The notes: a model not told the origin generated them from the sequence alone. DNA of 64,000 nt from Candidatus Marinacidobacterales bacterium (GCA_965224085.1 CBDCYI010000004.1:1184001-1248000), one strand, 5' to 3'. Counted from the first letter of the stretch, positions 9,441 to 20,279 are shown. A program made the numbers and translations.

Positions 9441-10553
9441 ATGGCCCAGGTCAGGGTAGAGCACCTGACGAAGACCTTCGGTGGAGGCGTCCGCGCGGTG
9501 GACGGCGTGTCCTTCACCGCCGACGAAGGCCGGATCGTGACGCTACTGGGACCGAGCGGCTGCGGCAAGACAACGATCCTGCGCTGCATCGCCGGGCTGG
9601 AAGAACCCACGGCGGGACGCATCGTGATCGGGGACGAAGTCGTTCACGACAGCGCGTCGGGCCGAGCGGTCCCGGTCGAAGAGCGAGCCATCGGTATGGT
9701 GTTCCAGTCCTACGCCATCTGGCCTCATCTCGACGTCTTCGACAACGTGGCGTTTGCGTTGAAGATCGGCGGGAAGAAAGCGGAACGACCCGAGGCGTTG
9801 CGGGAGAAGGTCGTGGAGGTTCTTCGCTCCGTGGGGATGGAAGGCTATGAGAAACGATATCCGTCGGAGTTGAGCGGCGGACAGCAGCAACGGGTGGTGC
9901 TGGCGCGGGCGCTGGTCTACCGGCCGCGCGTACTGCTCCTGGACGAGCCGTTGGCCAATCTCGATGCCAAGCTGCGCGAGGCGATGCGGCTCGAGCTTCG
10001 CGACGTTCAAAAGCGCTACGGTCTGACCACCATCTATGTCACCCATGACCAGGCGGAGGCCATGGCGCTCTCCGACCAGGTGATCGTTCTTCGAAGCGGG
10101 ACGATTCTGAGCCAGGGGACGCCGCGGGAGATTTTCACCAGGCCGGCGCATCCCTTCGTGGCCGATTTCCTCGGCGTCTCGAACCGTGTTGCCGGCCGGA
10201 TCACAAAGGCGCGAAAGAACCGTTCGGTCGAGGTCGTACTCGAGGGCGTCGACCGGCCCATCCTGGTGAGCGGTGACGCCGCGGCCGAGGAGCGAGTCGT
10301 GGTGGCGATTCGCCCGAGCCGGGTCGAGCTCCACCGCCAGCTCGCGGAATCTCAGGAAAACACACTGCCGGGTCGGATCGTTCGCGTTACGTTTCTCGGA
10401 GAGGAGCTCGATTGTCTCGTCCAGGTTGGAGACGTGACGCTCCGCGCCAGAGATTCCGCCGAGAAAGAGTGGCGGTCGGGCGAGGACGTCCAGGTGCGGC
10501 TCGCCCGCGAGCACCTGATGCTTCTTCCGCCCGACCCCGCCGAGGAGCCGTAG
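9441..10553 (+). CDS. ABC transporter ATP-binding protein (PotA/FbpC-like, TOBE tail)
   Basis: Walker A GPSGCGKT, LSGGQQQR, LLLDEP, VTHDQ. Confidence 0.95.
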   Translation: MAQVRVEHLTKTFGGGVRAVDGVSFTADEGRIVTLLGPSGCGKTTILRCIAGLEEPTAGRIVIGDEVVHDSASGRAVPVEERAIGMVFQSYAIWPHLDVFDNVAFALKIGGKKAERPEALREKVVEVLRSVGMEGYEKRYPSELSGGQQQRVVLARALVYRPRVLLLDEPLANLDAKLREAMRLELRDVQKRYGLTTIYVTHDQAEAMALSDQVIVLRSGTILSQGTPREIFTRPAHPFVADFLGVSNRVAGRITKARKNRSVEVVLEGVDRPILVSGDAAAEERVVVAIRPSRVELHRQLAESQENTLPGRIVRVTFLGEELDCLVQVGDVTLRARDSAEKEWRSGEDVQVRLAREHLMLLPPDPAEEP

Positions 10554-10556
10554 GTA

Positions 10557-12314
10557 ATGAACGAGCCCGACACCAACAGATCGAGACGTGGATGGCGACA
10601 ACATCCTTTGGCGCCCGCAGTCGTGGTCGGGCTTCTGGTGGTGGGCGTCGTGAACGTGTATCCGATGCTCTGGTTGGCTCTGGGCAGCGTGAGAGGAGAC
10701 GAAGGAGACATCACGCTCGAGCATTACCTTTCACTTTTCCAGCGCCTCGGCCCCATCGAGGCCCTCAAGAACTCCATCGTTTTCACCGGCTGCTCGCTTG
10801 TACTGGGGCTCGGAATGGCCGCCGTCTCGGCACTCAGCACGACCCGCCTGCAGACGCCTCTGGCAGGCTGGGTGCGCTCGATGAGCATCATCGCTTTCGT
10901 GAACCCACCCTGGATCCTGGCCATGGCTTACGCCTGGCTGCTGTCACCGCAAGCCGGAACGTTCAACCGCTGGTCGGATGCGCTTTTTGGCGTGAAGCTT
11001 TTCGATGCTTTTTCGATGCCCAGCATGGTGTTCGTTGCCGCGCTCTTCCTCTACCCCTACCTCTACCTCACGCTGAGCGCCGCCCTCGAGAACGTCGACA
11101 GCGCCTATGAGGAAGCGGCTCTCACGGCGGGAGCGTCTCCGTGGCGCATGTTCCGATCGGTGACACTTCCGTTGGTCACACCGGCGATGGTTACCAGCAT
11201 CGTCTTTTCCATCGTGCTGCTCTGGGAAAGCTTTTCCATTCCGGCCATCCTGGGGACACCAGGCAGAATCTACGTCTTTGCCACGTACTTGTATCGCCTC
11301 CTCAGCACACCTCCACCCGAACTCGGTCTTTCGGCGGCCGTCGCTGTCTTTTTCGCCGTCACCGCCGGTCTGGCCGTCTGGCTGGTCCTGGGTCTGGCGC
11401 GCCGTCGTCATGGCGGGCGTTTCCAGGTCATTGGCCGCAAGGCTCACCGCACCGTCCGGATCGAAGTCGGTTGGGTGAAGTATCCGCTGGCGATCTTCAA
11501 CGTGAGTGTTATCGGTCTCGCGCTGCTGGTTCCATACGCGACGCTTCTGATGCTCTCGCTGTCGCAGAATCTCTACGAGCGCTTCTCCTTTTCGAACCTT
11601 ACGCTGCGGCACTACACAGAGCACCTGCGAAGTCCCGTGTTCCACGAGATCTTCTGGAATACCTTGCAAGTGGCTTTCTTCATGTCCATCTCGGCGAGCC
11701 TGATCGCTTTGCTTGTGGCCTACCTGGACCTCCGCGGCCGTAGCCGATTCGAGAAGCTGCTCTCCCTGAGCGCGACGTTTCCGATTGCCGTGCCCGGTGT
11801 CGCTTTTGTGGTCGGTGTCGCATGGGCGTGGCTGCGCCCGCCGCTGGTGCTTTACGGGACGATCTGGATCATCGTCGTCTGCCAGATCTCGAGATTCCTG
11901 CCGCTCGGAGTTCAGCACCTTCGCGACGGTTTGAGCCAGGTTCAGGCGGAGCTCGAAGAAGCGGCCCGAATCTGTGGTGCGGGGACGCTCACCATGCTGT
12001 GGCGCATCACCCTGCCCGTGATACGTCCGGTGGCGGTAGCCACGTTTCTCCTTCTCTGGATGGCGAGCATGCGGGACCTGCTCACCCCTCTGTTCCTCGG
12101 AACCGGGACACCAGAAACGGCGACGCTCTCACAGCGCATCTACTTCCTGTGGGGCGAGGGCCTCACCGCCCAAAGCGCTTCGCTCGCGGTGATCCTGGTG
12201 AGCCTCATGGCGGCCTTGTACGCACTGATGCGCGTCGTCCTTGGCGTCTGGGCGCCGAGTGTCAGTCGAACGAAAACGCCGGCCCCCACCGGTAGGCCTG
12301 CAATCGGCGTTTGA
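10557..12314 (+). CDS. ABC transporter permease (FbpB-like, duplicated TM module)
   Basis: Two EAA motifs (YEEAALTAGA, LEEAARICGA); many TM helices. Confidence 0.9.
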   Translation: MNEPDTNRSRRGWRQHPLAPAVVVGLLVVGVVNVYPMLWLALGSVRGDEGDITLEHYLSLFQRLGPIEALKNSIVFTGCSLVLGLGMAAVSALSTTRLQTPLAGWVRSMSIIAFVNPPWILAMAYAWLLSPQAGTFNRWSDALFGVKLFDAFSMPSMVFVAALFLYPYLYLTLSAALENVDSAYEEAALTAGASPWRMFRSVTLPLVTPAMVTSIVFSIVLLWESFSIPAILGTPGRIYVFATYLYRLLSTPPPELGLSAAVAVFFAVTAGLAVWLVLGLARRRHGGRFQVIGRKAHRTVRIEVGWVKYPLAIFNVSVIGLALLVPYATLLMLSLSQNLYERFSFSNLTLRHYTEHLRSPVFHEIFWNTLQVAFFMSISASLIALLVAYLDLRGRSRFEKLLSLSATFPIAVPGVAFVVGVAWAWLRPPLVLYGTIWIIVVCQISRFLPLGVQHLRDGLSQVQAELEEAARICGAGTLTMLWRITLPVIRPVAVATFLLLWMASMRDLLTPLFLGTGTPETATLSQRIYFLWGEGLTAQSASLAVILVSLMAALYALMRVVLGVWAPSVSRTKTPAPTGRPAIGV

Positions 12315-12558
12315 GGCTTCGTGAAAGGCCAACGGCCGTCCAGTTCATCACCGAAATCGCCGCGGAGCCCGACTGGGCGACGAGTGCGACCGCGCCGGGT
12401 TTCGCCCTGGAGCCCGCGCTCAAGAGCGGAAGACCGGAGCGACTGTTCGCACGAGACTTTGTCGTCGAGCCCCACGCGGTTAGGGTGCCTGTGGTATACA
12501 CGTTCTCGTCCGAGCGTGGCCCTCCCCAAACGGCGACCTCGACCGAAAGGAACCCACG

Positions 12559-15183
12559 GTGTCGAAGCGGCGACGGCACTGGCTTCTGCCAGCGGCGCTC
12601 CTCTGGGCGTCGGTGCCCTTATCGGCCGAAGATGAGTCTCCACCATCCGCTACTCCTTCGTCCCCTCGAGAAGTGCGCTTCGTGGACGGGAGCTCGATTG
12701 CGGTTCAACACTACGAGGTCCAGGAAAAGTTGGTCTTGCTGGTGACTCCCGAAGGGAAACTCCACTCGGTGCCCCGGTATTTTGTCGACGTCGAGGCCAC
12801 GGTACGAGAGAATCACGCCGTTGCCGAGGCGTCGCCTTCCCCTCTGTCCTCCCCGTCCAAGACCCGTCCCCCACCAGAGCCAGTCCGTGCCCATCAGGCA
12901 CGGCCGGCGACCGAGGTGCCTCAGATCCTCTCGCTAACCCAGCCGGCTCTCGATACATCCGCTCGATCGAGTGCGGGGCATCTCGTCATCGACGGCCCGC
13001 CGCCACCGGAGTCGCCGGCGGTCGTTTCACGCGACGCCGAAGGACGTTTCACCATGAGGGCGATCCGGCTCGATTCGCCGCTGACCGTTGACGGGAAGCT
13101 CGAGGAAGCGGTCTACGGCAGGGTTCCCGGCGTGAGTGGTTTCATCCAGGCCGAGCCCCGACCCGGCGAGCCTGCCACGGAAAAGACCGAAGTCTGGGTG
13201 CTCTTCGACGACCGTAACGTTTACGTCTCTGCTCGCTGTTGGGACAGTCATCCCGAGCGCATGGTGATGAACGAGATGCGGCGTGACAACACGGGCATCT
13301 TCGGCAACGAGACCCTGACGGTCATTCTCGACACGTTCTATGACCGCCGAAACGCCTTCTTCTTCTACACCAATCCCCTCGGAGCACTCTCCGACAGCGT
13401 CATCACCGACGAGCGCAACATCAACCGCGACTGGAACACCGTCTGGAGCTCCAAAGCGAGCCGTTTTGCCAACGGCTGGACGCTGGAAATGGCTTTCCCG
13501 TTCAAATCGTTACGCTACCGGACCGGCGGCTCTCAGCTCTGGGGAATCAACTTTCGGCGGGTCGTTCGCTGGAAAAACGAGCTTTCCTACCTGGCTCCCG
13601 TTCCGCCAGCCCTCGGCGCAATGGGTATCAGCAAAGTCTCCTCCGCCGGGACGCTGGTGGGTCTGGAGACACCGCCCCGTTCCAGCAACCTCGAGGTAAA
13701 GCCGTACGCCATCTCTGAGCTGGTCACCGATCGAAACGCCGACCCCCCCTTCTCCGACGAACTCGAGCCGGACGCCGGCTTCGACGTGAAGTATGGCGTC
13801 ACCCAGGGACTCATCGCGGATTTCACCTTCAACACCGATTTTGCCCAGGTGGAAGCTGACGAGCAGCAGGTGAACCTCACCCGCTTCAGTCTTTTCTTTC
13901 CGGAGAAGCGCGAGTTCTTTCTGGAAGGCCAGGGGATCTTCGATTTCGGAGACGCTCGAAGCGCTCGGGCCCAGCGCGCCGCGCGGCGGTTCGGGACTCC
14001 CACCTCCACGCCGATCGTTTTCTTCAGCCGACGGATCGGCCTGCATGAGGGCGAGGAGGTTCCCATCCTTGCGGGAGGAAGGCTCACCGGCCGAGCCGGC
14101 AAATACAGCATCGGGCTGCTCAACATACAGACGGAAGACGCCCCGCCGTCAGGAGCGCTGGCCACGAACTTCTCTGTGGTGCGCCTCAAGCGGGATATTC
14201 TGCGACGAAGCAACATCGGGGTCATCGCAACCAACCGCTCGGTCGCACTCAATGAGGACGGCTCCAACCAGGTTTTCGGTCTCGATGCCAACCTGGCGTT
14301 CCACGAGAACGTCCGCGTCAACGGTTATTTCGCCCGGAGCCAGACCACAGGCCTTTCGGGCGAGGCGGACACTTATCGCGGTTTCTTCGAATATGACGGA
14401 GACCGATACGGGGCGGAGCTCGAGCGACTGGTCGTCGAAGAGAACTTCAACCCGGAGATCGGGTTCCTGCGGCGGACAGACTTCCAGCGGAACTTCGCGC
14501 AGGCCCGATTCAGCCCGCGGCCAGCTTCCATAGAAGCGGTGCGCAAGTTCACCTGGCAAGCCAGCCTGGATTACACGACCGACAACCGGGGACAGCTGGA
14601 AACACGCATTGGCAAGACCACCTTCCGAACGGAGTTCGAGTCGTCGGATCAATTGAGCTTCGACTACACCCGAAACTTCGAGTTCCTGCCAGAGCCTTTC
14701 GAGATCTCCGAGGGCATCACGATACCGATGGCCGGCTACAACTTTCAGGACGTGCGGATAGGCTTCGAGCTCGGGCGCCAACGAAGGATTTCAGGGAACC
14801 TCTCTTTTCTGACCGGCAGCTTCTTCAGCGGCGATCGCAAGGAGTTGGGCTACCGGGGTCGCCTGGGAGTCACAGCGCAGCTCTCGGTCGAGCCCATGCT
14901 CTCCTTCAACTGGGTCGACCTGGAGGAGGGAAGCTTCACCACCCAGCTGGTGGGCGGCCGCGTGAACTACAGCATCAGTCCCCGCAGCCTTTTTAGCGCA
15001 CTGATTCAGTACAACTCCACGAACGACTTTCTATCGAGCAACGTACGGTTTCGCTGGGAGTATCAGCCGGGGAGCGATCTCTTCGTGGTCTACAGCGATG
15101 AGCGGAACACGCTGATGCCCGGATTCCCCGGACTCGAAAATCGCAGCTTCGTGGTAAAGCTTACCCGGCTGTTTCGATTCTGA
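12559..15183 (+). CDS. DUF5916/CBM9-like outer-membrane protein with extra N-terminal domain
   Basis: Signal peptide; VDGKLEE..Y, TFNTDFAQVEAD, RFSLFFPEKREFFLEG, FFSRRIG, RWEYQPGSDLFVVY; C-terminal Phe. Confidence 0.8.
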   Translation: MSKRRRHWLLPAALLWASVPLSAEDESPPSATPSSPREVRFVDGSSIAVQHYEVQEKLVLLVTPEGKLHSVPRYFVDVEATVRENHAVAEASPSPLSSPSKTRPPPEPVRAHQARPATEVPQILSLTQPALDTSARSSAGHLVIDGPPPPESPAVVSRDAEGRFTMRAIRLDSPLTVDGKLEEAVYGRVPGVSGFIQAEPRPGEPATEKTEVWVLFDDRNVYVSARCWDSHPERMVMNEMRRDNTGIFGNETLTVILDTFYDRRNAFFFYTNPLGALSDSVITDERNINRDWNTVWSSKASRFANGWTLEMAFPFKSLRYRTGGSQLWGINFRRVVRWKNELSYLAPVPPALGAMGISKVSSAGTLVGLETPPRSSNLEVKPYAISELVTDRNADPPFSDELEPDAGFDVKYGVTQGLIADFTFNTDFAQVEADEQQVNLTRFSLFFPEKREFFLEGQGIFDFGDARSARAQRAARRFGTPTSTPIVFFSRRIGLHEGEEVPILAGGRLTGRAGKYSIGLLNIQTEDAPPSGALATNFSVVRLKRDILRRSNIGVIATNRSVALNEDGSNQVFGLDANLAFHENVRVNGYFARSQTTGLSGEADTYRGFFEYDGDRYGAELERLVVEENFNPEIGFLRRTDFQRNFAQARFSPRPASIEAVRKFTWQASLDYTTDNRGQLETRIGKTTFRTEFESSDQLSFDYTRNFEFLPEPFEISEGITIPMAGYNFQDVRIGFELGRQRRISGNLSFLTGSFFSGDRKELGYRGRLGVTAQLSVEPMLSFNWVDLEEGSFTTQLVGGRVNYSISPRSLFSALIQYNSTNDFLSSNVRFRWEYQPGSDLFVVYSDERNTLMPGFPGLENRSFVVKLTRLFRF

Positions 15184-15217
15184 TCCGGCTGCTTCATCAT
15201 CATTCTCACCGAGATGC

Positions 15218-15352
15218 CGATACGTTCTCGTCTACCAGCCTCGTGGTGTATCAGTTGATGGCCAGCACGATCTCGAGATCCGGGTCAAGAGCACCGACGT
15301 GGACGAACTCCGCGCCCGGCCCGGCTACTTCGCGCGCCCGAGCCAGAACTGA
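15218..15352 (+). pseudogene. C-terminal remnant of an acidobacterial-type VWA-domain protein
   Basis: Manual translation RYVLVYQPRGVSVDGQHDLEIRVKSTDVDELRARPGYFARPSQN* matches the Y.L.Y.P...G..H....RAR.GY tail of that family; no start codon. Confidence 0.55.
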
Positions 15353-15423
15353 AATGAGCGGTCAACGTCAGCTCGTTTTGTGGCAAAGCGAGTGTGGGTG
15401 TGATTGCCATGCAGCACTCGTCA

Positions 15424-16548
15424 CTAACGCTCTTTCCGCTCCTCCGCGCGCACCGACTCGGCGATGGGGCGGATGAACGGTTCCAGAAAACGGTAGTCGC
15501 TCGTACCGTCTCCCGGCCCGGTTCCGGCACGGGCCGCCACGATTCCCAGACTGGGAATGACGACGAGAAGCGTCTCGGTGTCGCGGGTCACCTGACCGCC
15601 CCAGGCCCAGAATGCATCTCTTGGAACATTAGGGAGCGTCCCGTCCGAGTTGTTCCACCACAAGAGCCCATAGTGGTTCGAGGCCTCGAGGTTGTCGTCG
15701 GGGTTCAGCACAGGAAGCCCAAGCAGCTCCGGAGGCGTGATGCGTACCGCGTCGACGAAACCCTTCGGCAGGATCTGCGTCCCCTCCCACCGTCCGTCGA
15801 GAGCGAAGAGGTAACCGATGCGCGCCAGCGCGTCGACATTCGCCCGGATGCCGGAGCCGAGTTCGCGCCGCTTAATCCCTTCGATCTTGTCCGGCCGATA
15901 GTAGCTGTCACGCCAGGTCAGATCCGACTCGGTGATTCCCAGGGGCGAGAACACCCGGTCGAAGAGAAGGGTTTTGATGTCCTGCAGGTACTCGAGCGTA
16001 ATGCACTCCGCCAGCCAGTTCGGGCCGCCGTCGGAGTAGGACCACTTCGTCCCGGGTGCGAAAAGCAAGGGTTGAAAACCGTGCGCGAGGTCGAACCCCG
16101 CCGTATGTGTCGCCAGCTGTTGAAGCGTGATCTCGCCGAGCCAGCCGGTCGCTCGGTTGCTGGTGGGCGGGACTCCGAAACCGGGATGGTACTGCGACGC
16201 TCTGTCGCTGAGCGTCATCCGGCCGTCCAGGATCGCCAGCCCCAGCGCGCTGATTCCGATCGATTTGGTAACGGACTTCACCTGGTAAAGCTCGGTGGGA
16301 CTCCCCCAGGCCATCACCAGCTTTCCGTCGCGGGTGATGAACCCCGAACCACCGCGATGCGGGTCCTCGCGTTTCAACAGAACGTAGTCCCGCGCCTCTT
16401 CCAGCTTGCCACGGTCCATGCCCGCTTCCTCCGGTGTCGCTCTCTGCCACTCGAACCGCTCCTGCGCGCGAGCGTTCAGCACCGGCATGAGTCCAAGAAG
16501 TACGATAGCGGCCCGGCGAGAAAAAGCGATCCGGAGCTGGTGCGACAT
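15424..16548 (-). CDS. Serine hydrolase, beta-lactamase class C-like fold, secreted
   Basis: SVTK (SxxK), LATHTAG, PGTKWSYSD, YGLLWW, AFWAWG. Confidence 0.85.
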   Translation of the reverse strand: MSHQLRIAFSRRAAIVLLGLMPVLNARAQERFEWQRATPEEAGMDRGKLEEARDYVLLKREDPHRGGSGFITRDGKLVMAWGSPTELYQVKSVTKSIGISALGLAILDGRMTLSDRASQYHPGFGVPPTSNRATGWLGEITLQQLATHTAGFDLAHGFQPLLFAPGTKWSYSDGGPNWLAECITLEYLQDIKTLLFDRVFSPLGITESDLTWRDSYYRPDKIEGIKRRELGSGIRANVDALARIGYLFALDGRWEGTQILPKGFVDAVRITPPELLGLPVLNPDDNLEASNHYGLLWWNNSDGTLPNVPRDAFWAWGGQVTRDTETLLVVIPSLGIVAARAGTGPGDGTSDYRFLEPFIRPIAESVRAEERKER

Positions 16549-16678
16549 GAGCCTACCTCTTTTCGGGATCGATCCTGTTTCTACGATTCGCTCGTATTCT
16601 ACTGACAATTCCCGCTTCGTTCTCACCTGCGAAAACGAACTTGACAAAGCCGGCTCGAATCAGCCAAAACCCGTGTTC

Positions 16679-18304
16679 ATGACGAACCTTCGACGGCTCC
16701 GACTCATACTGCCCATACTCCTGAGCGTCTGCGCTGGCTTGTCCTGGGCGGACGACTACCCCAGGACGCCGGGCCTCGACGTACTCCATTACACCTTTCG
16801 GCTCGAGCTGAGCGATGCGACGGACGAGATCATCGGCGAGACCACCGTGGTGGTCCGTTTTGTTTCCGAAGGTGGGACGGACTTCCATCTCGATCTGATC
16901 GGCAAGAAGGAAATCACTGGGATGACGGTGAGCGCCATTTCAGAGGATGGCGAGCCCGCCACTTTTACCCACGAGGACGACAGGATTCACATCTCGCCGC
17001 TCTCGCCGGGAAAAGCGGGGGAGCGGCGAAGCTACACGATCCGCTATCATGGCGTTGCTGCCGATGGACTTGTCATTGCCAACAACAAACACGGCGAGAG
17101 AACGTTCTCGGCCGATAACTGGCCCAACAAAACGCATCACTGGCTTCCCACCCTCGACCACCCTTATGACAAAGCGACCTGCGAGTTCGTGATCGCGGCT
17201 CCCGATCACTATCAGGTCGTCGCCAACGGCCTGAAACTCGAAGAGACGAACCTTGCTGCCGATCGTCGCCGAACGCACTGGAAGCAATCCGTTCCCATCG
17301 CTACTTGGCTCATGGTCATCTCCGTCGCTCGATACGCGGTCCAGTACGTGGGTGACTACCAGGGTACGTCGATACAGACCTGGGTCTTTCCTCGAGATCG
17401 GGATGCGGGGTTCTACGATTTCGCGCGGGCCAAAAGGCCGCTCGCGTTCTTCAGCTCCTACATCGGACCCTACTCTTATGAGAAGCTGGCGAACGTACAG
17501 GTAACGGCTCCGGTGGGTGCGACGGAGGCGGCCACGTCCATCTTCTATCAGCAAGAATTTGTCACCGGCGATCGCGAGCGAGAAAACACCATTACTCATG
17601 AGATCGCCCACCACTGGTTTGGAAACGCCGTCACCGAAGACGACTGGGATCATGTATGGCTGAGCGAGGGGTTTGCGACCTACTTCACCCTTCTTTTCAT
17701 CGAATATGCCTATGGGAGAGACCGCTTCGTCGAGGGACTAAAGCGAAGTCGCGAAAGGGTCTTCGAGTTCTACAAGGACAACCCCGACTACCACATCGTC
17801 CATGACAATCTCACCGACATGTCGAAGGTGACCACCCGCAACACGTACCAGAAGGGGGCCTGGGTTCTCCACATGCTTCGGGGCCTCATGGGAGACGAGA
17901 GTTTCTGGGCCGGGATCCGCGAGTACTATCGAAGATTCCGCGACACAAACGCCTCCACCCAGGACTTCCGGCACGTCATGGAAGAGTTTTCTGGAGAAGA
18001 CCTGTCATGGTTCTTTCATCAGTGGCTCTATCAGGGAGGGAAACTCGAGTACCGGGGCCGATGGAGCTACGATGGAGAACAAAAACAGCTCGAGCTGGAG
18101 CTCGACCAGGTACAGACAGACGGCACAACCTTTCGCATGCCGGTCGAGATCGGCATCTATGGAGCCGGAGAGCCGCAGATCGAACGACTCCAGGTCGACG
18201 AAAGAAAAACCCGATTCACGATCGCGCTGGAGGAGCCGCCCACCACCGTTGTGCTCGATCCCAACAGCTGGGTCCTCATGGAATCGGAGCTCGCAAGAAG
18301 GTAG
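16679..18304 (+). CDS. M1 family aminopeptidase, secreted
   Basis: HEIAH...WLSEGFATY (HEXXH-18-E), YQKGAWVLHMLR, GATE exopeptidase-motif variant. Confidence 0.9.
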   Translation: MTNLRRLRLILPILLSVCAGLSWADDYPRTPGLDVLHYTFRLELSDATDEIIGETTVVVRFVSEGGTDFHLDLIGKKEITGMTVSAISEDGEPATFTHEDDRIHISPLSPGKAGERRSYTIRYHGVAADGLVIANNKHGERTFSADNWPNKTHHWLPTLDHPYDKATCEFVIAAPDHYQVVANGLKLEETNLAADRRRTHWKQSVPIATWLMVISVARYAVQYVGDYQGTSIQTWVFPRDRDAGFYDFARAKRPLAFFSSYIGPYSYEKLANVQVTAPVGATEAATSIFYQQEFVTGDRERENTITHEIAHHWFGNAVTEDDWDHVWLSEGFATYFTLLFIEYAYGRDRFVEGLKRSRERVFEFYKDNPDYHIVHDNLTDMSKVTTRNTYQKGAWVLHMLRGLMGDESFWAGIREYYRRFRDTNASTQDFRHVMEEFSGEDLSWFFHQWLYQGGKLEYRGRWSYDGEQKQLELELDQVQTDGTTFRMPVEIGIYGAGEPQIERLQVDERKTRFTIALEEPPTTVVLDPNSWVLMESELARR

Positions 18305-18379
18305 TGGATGTTACTCGGCCCGGACCTGTGTCGAACGTTCGCTCTCCGTCCTCCACAGTCTTCGTGCGAGAAGCACCGG

Positions 18380-18920
18380 TGCGTGGCTGCAGCGTCGTCG
18401 CGGCCATCTGCGACGAGATGGCGTTCTGGTGGGACGAGTCGAGTGCGAATCCTGACGTGGAGATTCTGAACGGGCTCCGTCCCTCGATGGCGACGGTACC
18501 GGACTCTCTCTTGTTGTGCATTTCGAGCCCGTACGCGCGGAGAGGCGAGCTTTACAAGAGCTATCGGGAGCACTTCGGCAAGGAACGAGATCCGGTGTTG
18601 GTATGGCAGGCGGCCACGACCAGCATGAACCCGACGCTTCCGGCGCACGTGATCGAGGAGGCGACCCATCGAGCGCCAGCGCGTAGTACGGTGCAGCGTT
18701 CAGAACGGACGTGGAAACCTTCGTCTCGGTCGAGGCCTTGGAAGCGTGCATGGTGCCGGGCGGTGCAGTGCTGCCTCCGGTGCAGGGTGTGAGCTACATC
18801 GCCTTCACCGATCCGAGCGGCGGCTCTCAAGATTCGTTCACGCTCGCGCTTGCGCACCAAGAGGGCGAGGGAGCGGTGCTCGACCTGGTGTTGGAAAGAC
18901 GGCCTCCGTTTTCGCCTATG
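18380..18920 (+). pseudogene. Phage terminase large subunit-like fragment (frameshifted)
   Basis: VRG...AICDEMAFW (Walker B), LCISSPY (motif III), NPTL, then in another frame YGAAF and IAFTDPSGGSQDSFTLAL (RNase H-like nuclease start). No Walker A. Confidence 0.65.
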
Positions 18921-19087
18921 GTAGTCAACGAGGACTCGATTGTCTCCTCGCGAAAACGCGTGATCGCGTTTATAGAAGGGACAGGTATCCACCGTCGAGT
19001 GAGTCACCCGGGCTTCCAATTTTTCCTGGAGCGCCAACGCGGAGGCCCGTCACGAATCAGTCACCCGTCGTCAAGAATCTCTATTCT

Positions 19088-19788
19088 TCAACGCCGTTGA
19101 GACAATTCGACCGCAGACTTCGGAGTTGTTCTGCTAGCAGCCAGGACCTGCTCCGTTCTCATCTCGACGACGGACCGCAGAGCTTTGGCTTGCGCCCTAG
19201 TAATGTGCAAGCCCAACGGTCTGAAGTCCGTGAGAGCATCCCGAGACAGCTTTTGTTTCAGAATTCCGGTCTCGCTGTGACTAGGGCCGAGAAGACAATG
19301 GGCAAGCTCGTGGGCGAGGACGCGGCCGATGGCCCGAGCCACGACACGGGGCGTCAAGCCGTTCCATTTCCACAAGCCCCATCCCGAGCTCGTTGCCGCC
19401 TCTTCCACCGAGTTCCTTGAAATGTGAATGGTCTCCACTCGGAACTCACCGGCCTGACTCCAGAAGGTATAGCCCATGACGCGGCGCTCAGCGACATTCA
19501 ACTCGAGCTTCGACAGCAGGCTCGGCAAGAACTCGCGGAAAATGTAGACGTGGACGATCCCCCTCTCGCCAAGGAGGGGCGAACACTTTGGGAACCATCA
19601 GAGTTGAACCTGCAGCCGATTGTTCTCGCCAGCGCGGGTTTATGAGGTCGCTCCAAACGTCTCGCCCACGGTCAAGAAAGACGCTGCACAGACGAACAAC
19701 GCCGGAAATGTCGCGAGGCCATCCAGTGTTCTTCTGCTCGTCCTCAACCACTGCTCGAAAGTGCGCTGTTTTAGTCCAGCCCGTCTCA
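19088..19788 (-). pseudogene. HEXXH-containing hypothetical protein, N-terminus disrupted
   Basis: GRVLAHELAHCLLGPSHSETGILK within ORF 19088-19528; upstream frame interrupted. Confidence 0.5.
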
Positions 19789-19839
19789 TGATATAGCTCC
19801 TCTCACCGGCTTTTGGTGTTTCTTGAAAGAGCGCGTCAC

Positions 19840-20076
19840 CAAGAACTCCGATCGATCAGGTCATTCACCGTCAGAACGGGCTTCAGAATTCCATCTTCGG
19901 TGTGGCCCGACAGCAGGAATCGATGTGCGAGCTCGTGCGCCAGGACAATCGACGAGGTAGACGTGAAGCTCGGCTCGAATTTCCGGGTCGACCTCAGTAG
20001 GGGCGGTGGCCCATCCTTCCCAAGCCAGGAGAAGCAAAAGAGGAAAGTACCAAAGATTTTTGCCCGCCGTGGCCAT
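19840..20076 (-). pseudogene. Second HEXXH hypothetical paralog with internal deletion
   Basis: Signal peptide MATAGKNLWYFPLLLLLAW followed, in another frame, by IVLAHELAHRFLLSGHTEDGILK. Confidence 0.5.
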
Positions 20077-20279
20077 CGTGGCCTCCCTTCCGAAGGTCCT
20101 CCGGCCTTCTTCGGGCAGCCTAGGCGTTCCCGAACGGCGACTGAATGTTCGCGGGCTGATCCGTCGGTTGTTTGTTCTGATCGAAGATGATCGATCTAAT
20201 TCGTCAGAAGTGAGGGATTTGTACGGAGTGATCGGTTGGGGATTTCGCTATAATCTGCTCAGTCACGGGAGGGCTTGCT

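Noticed and set aside
12340-12480. LEPALKSGRPERLFARDF peptide resembling a PD40-propeller tail
   Set aside because: Too short to support a call.
15424-16548. Antibiotic-resistance beta-lactamase
   Set aside because: Fold motifs only (YSD rather than YxN, no KTG); this family is mostly esterases and peptidases.
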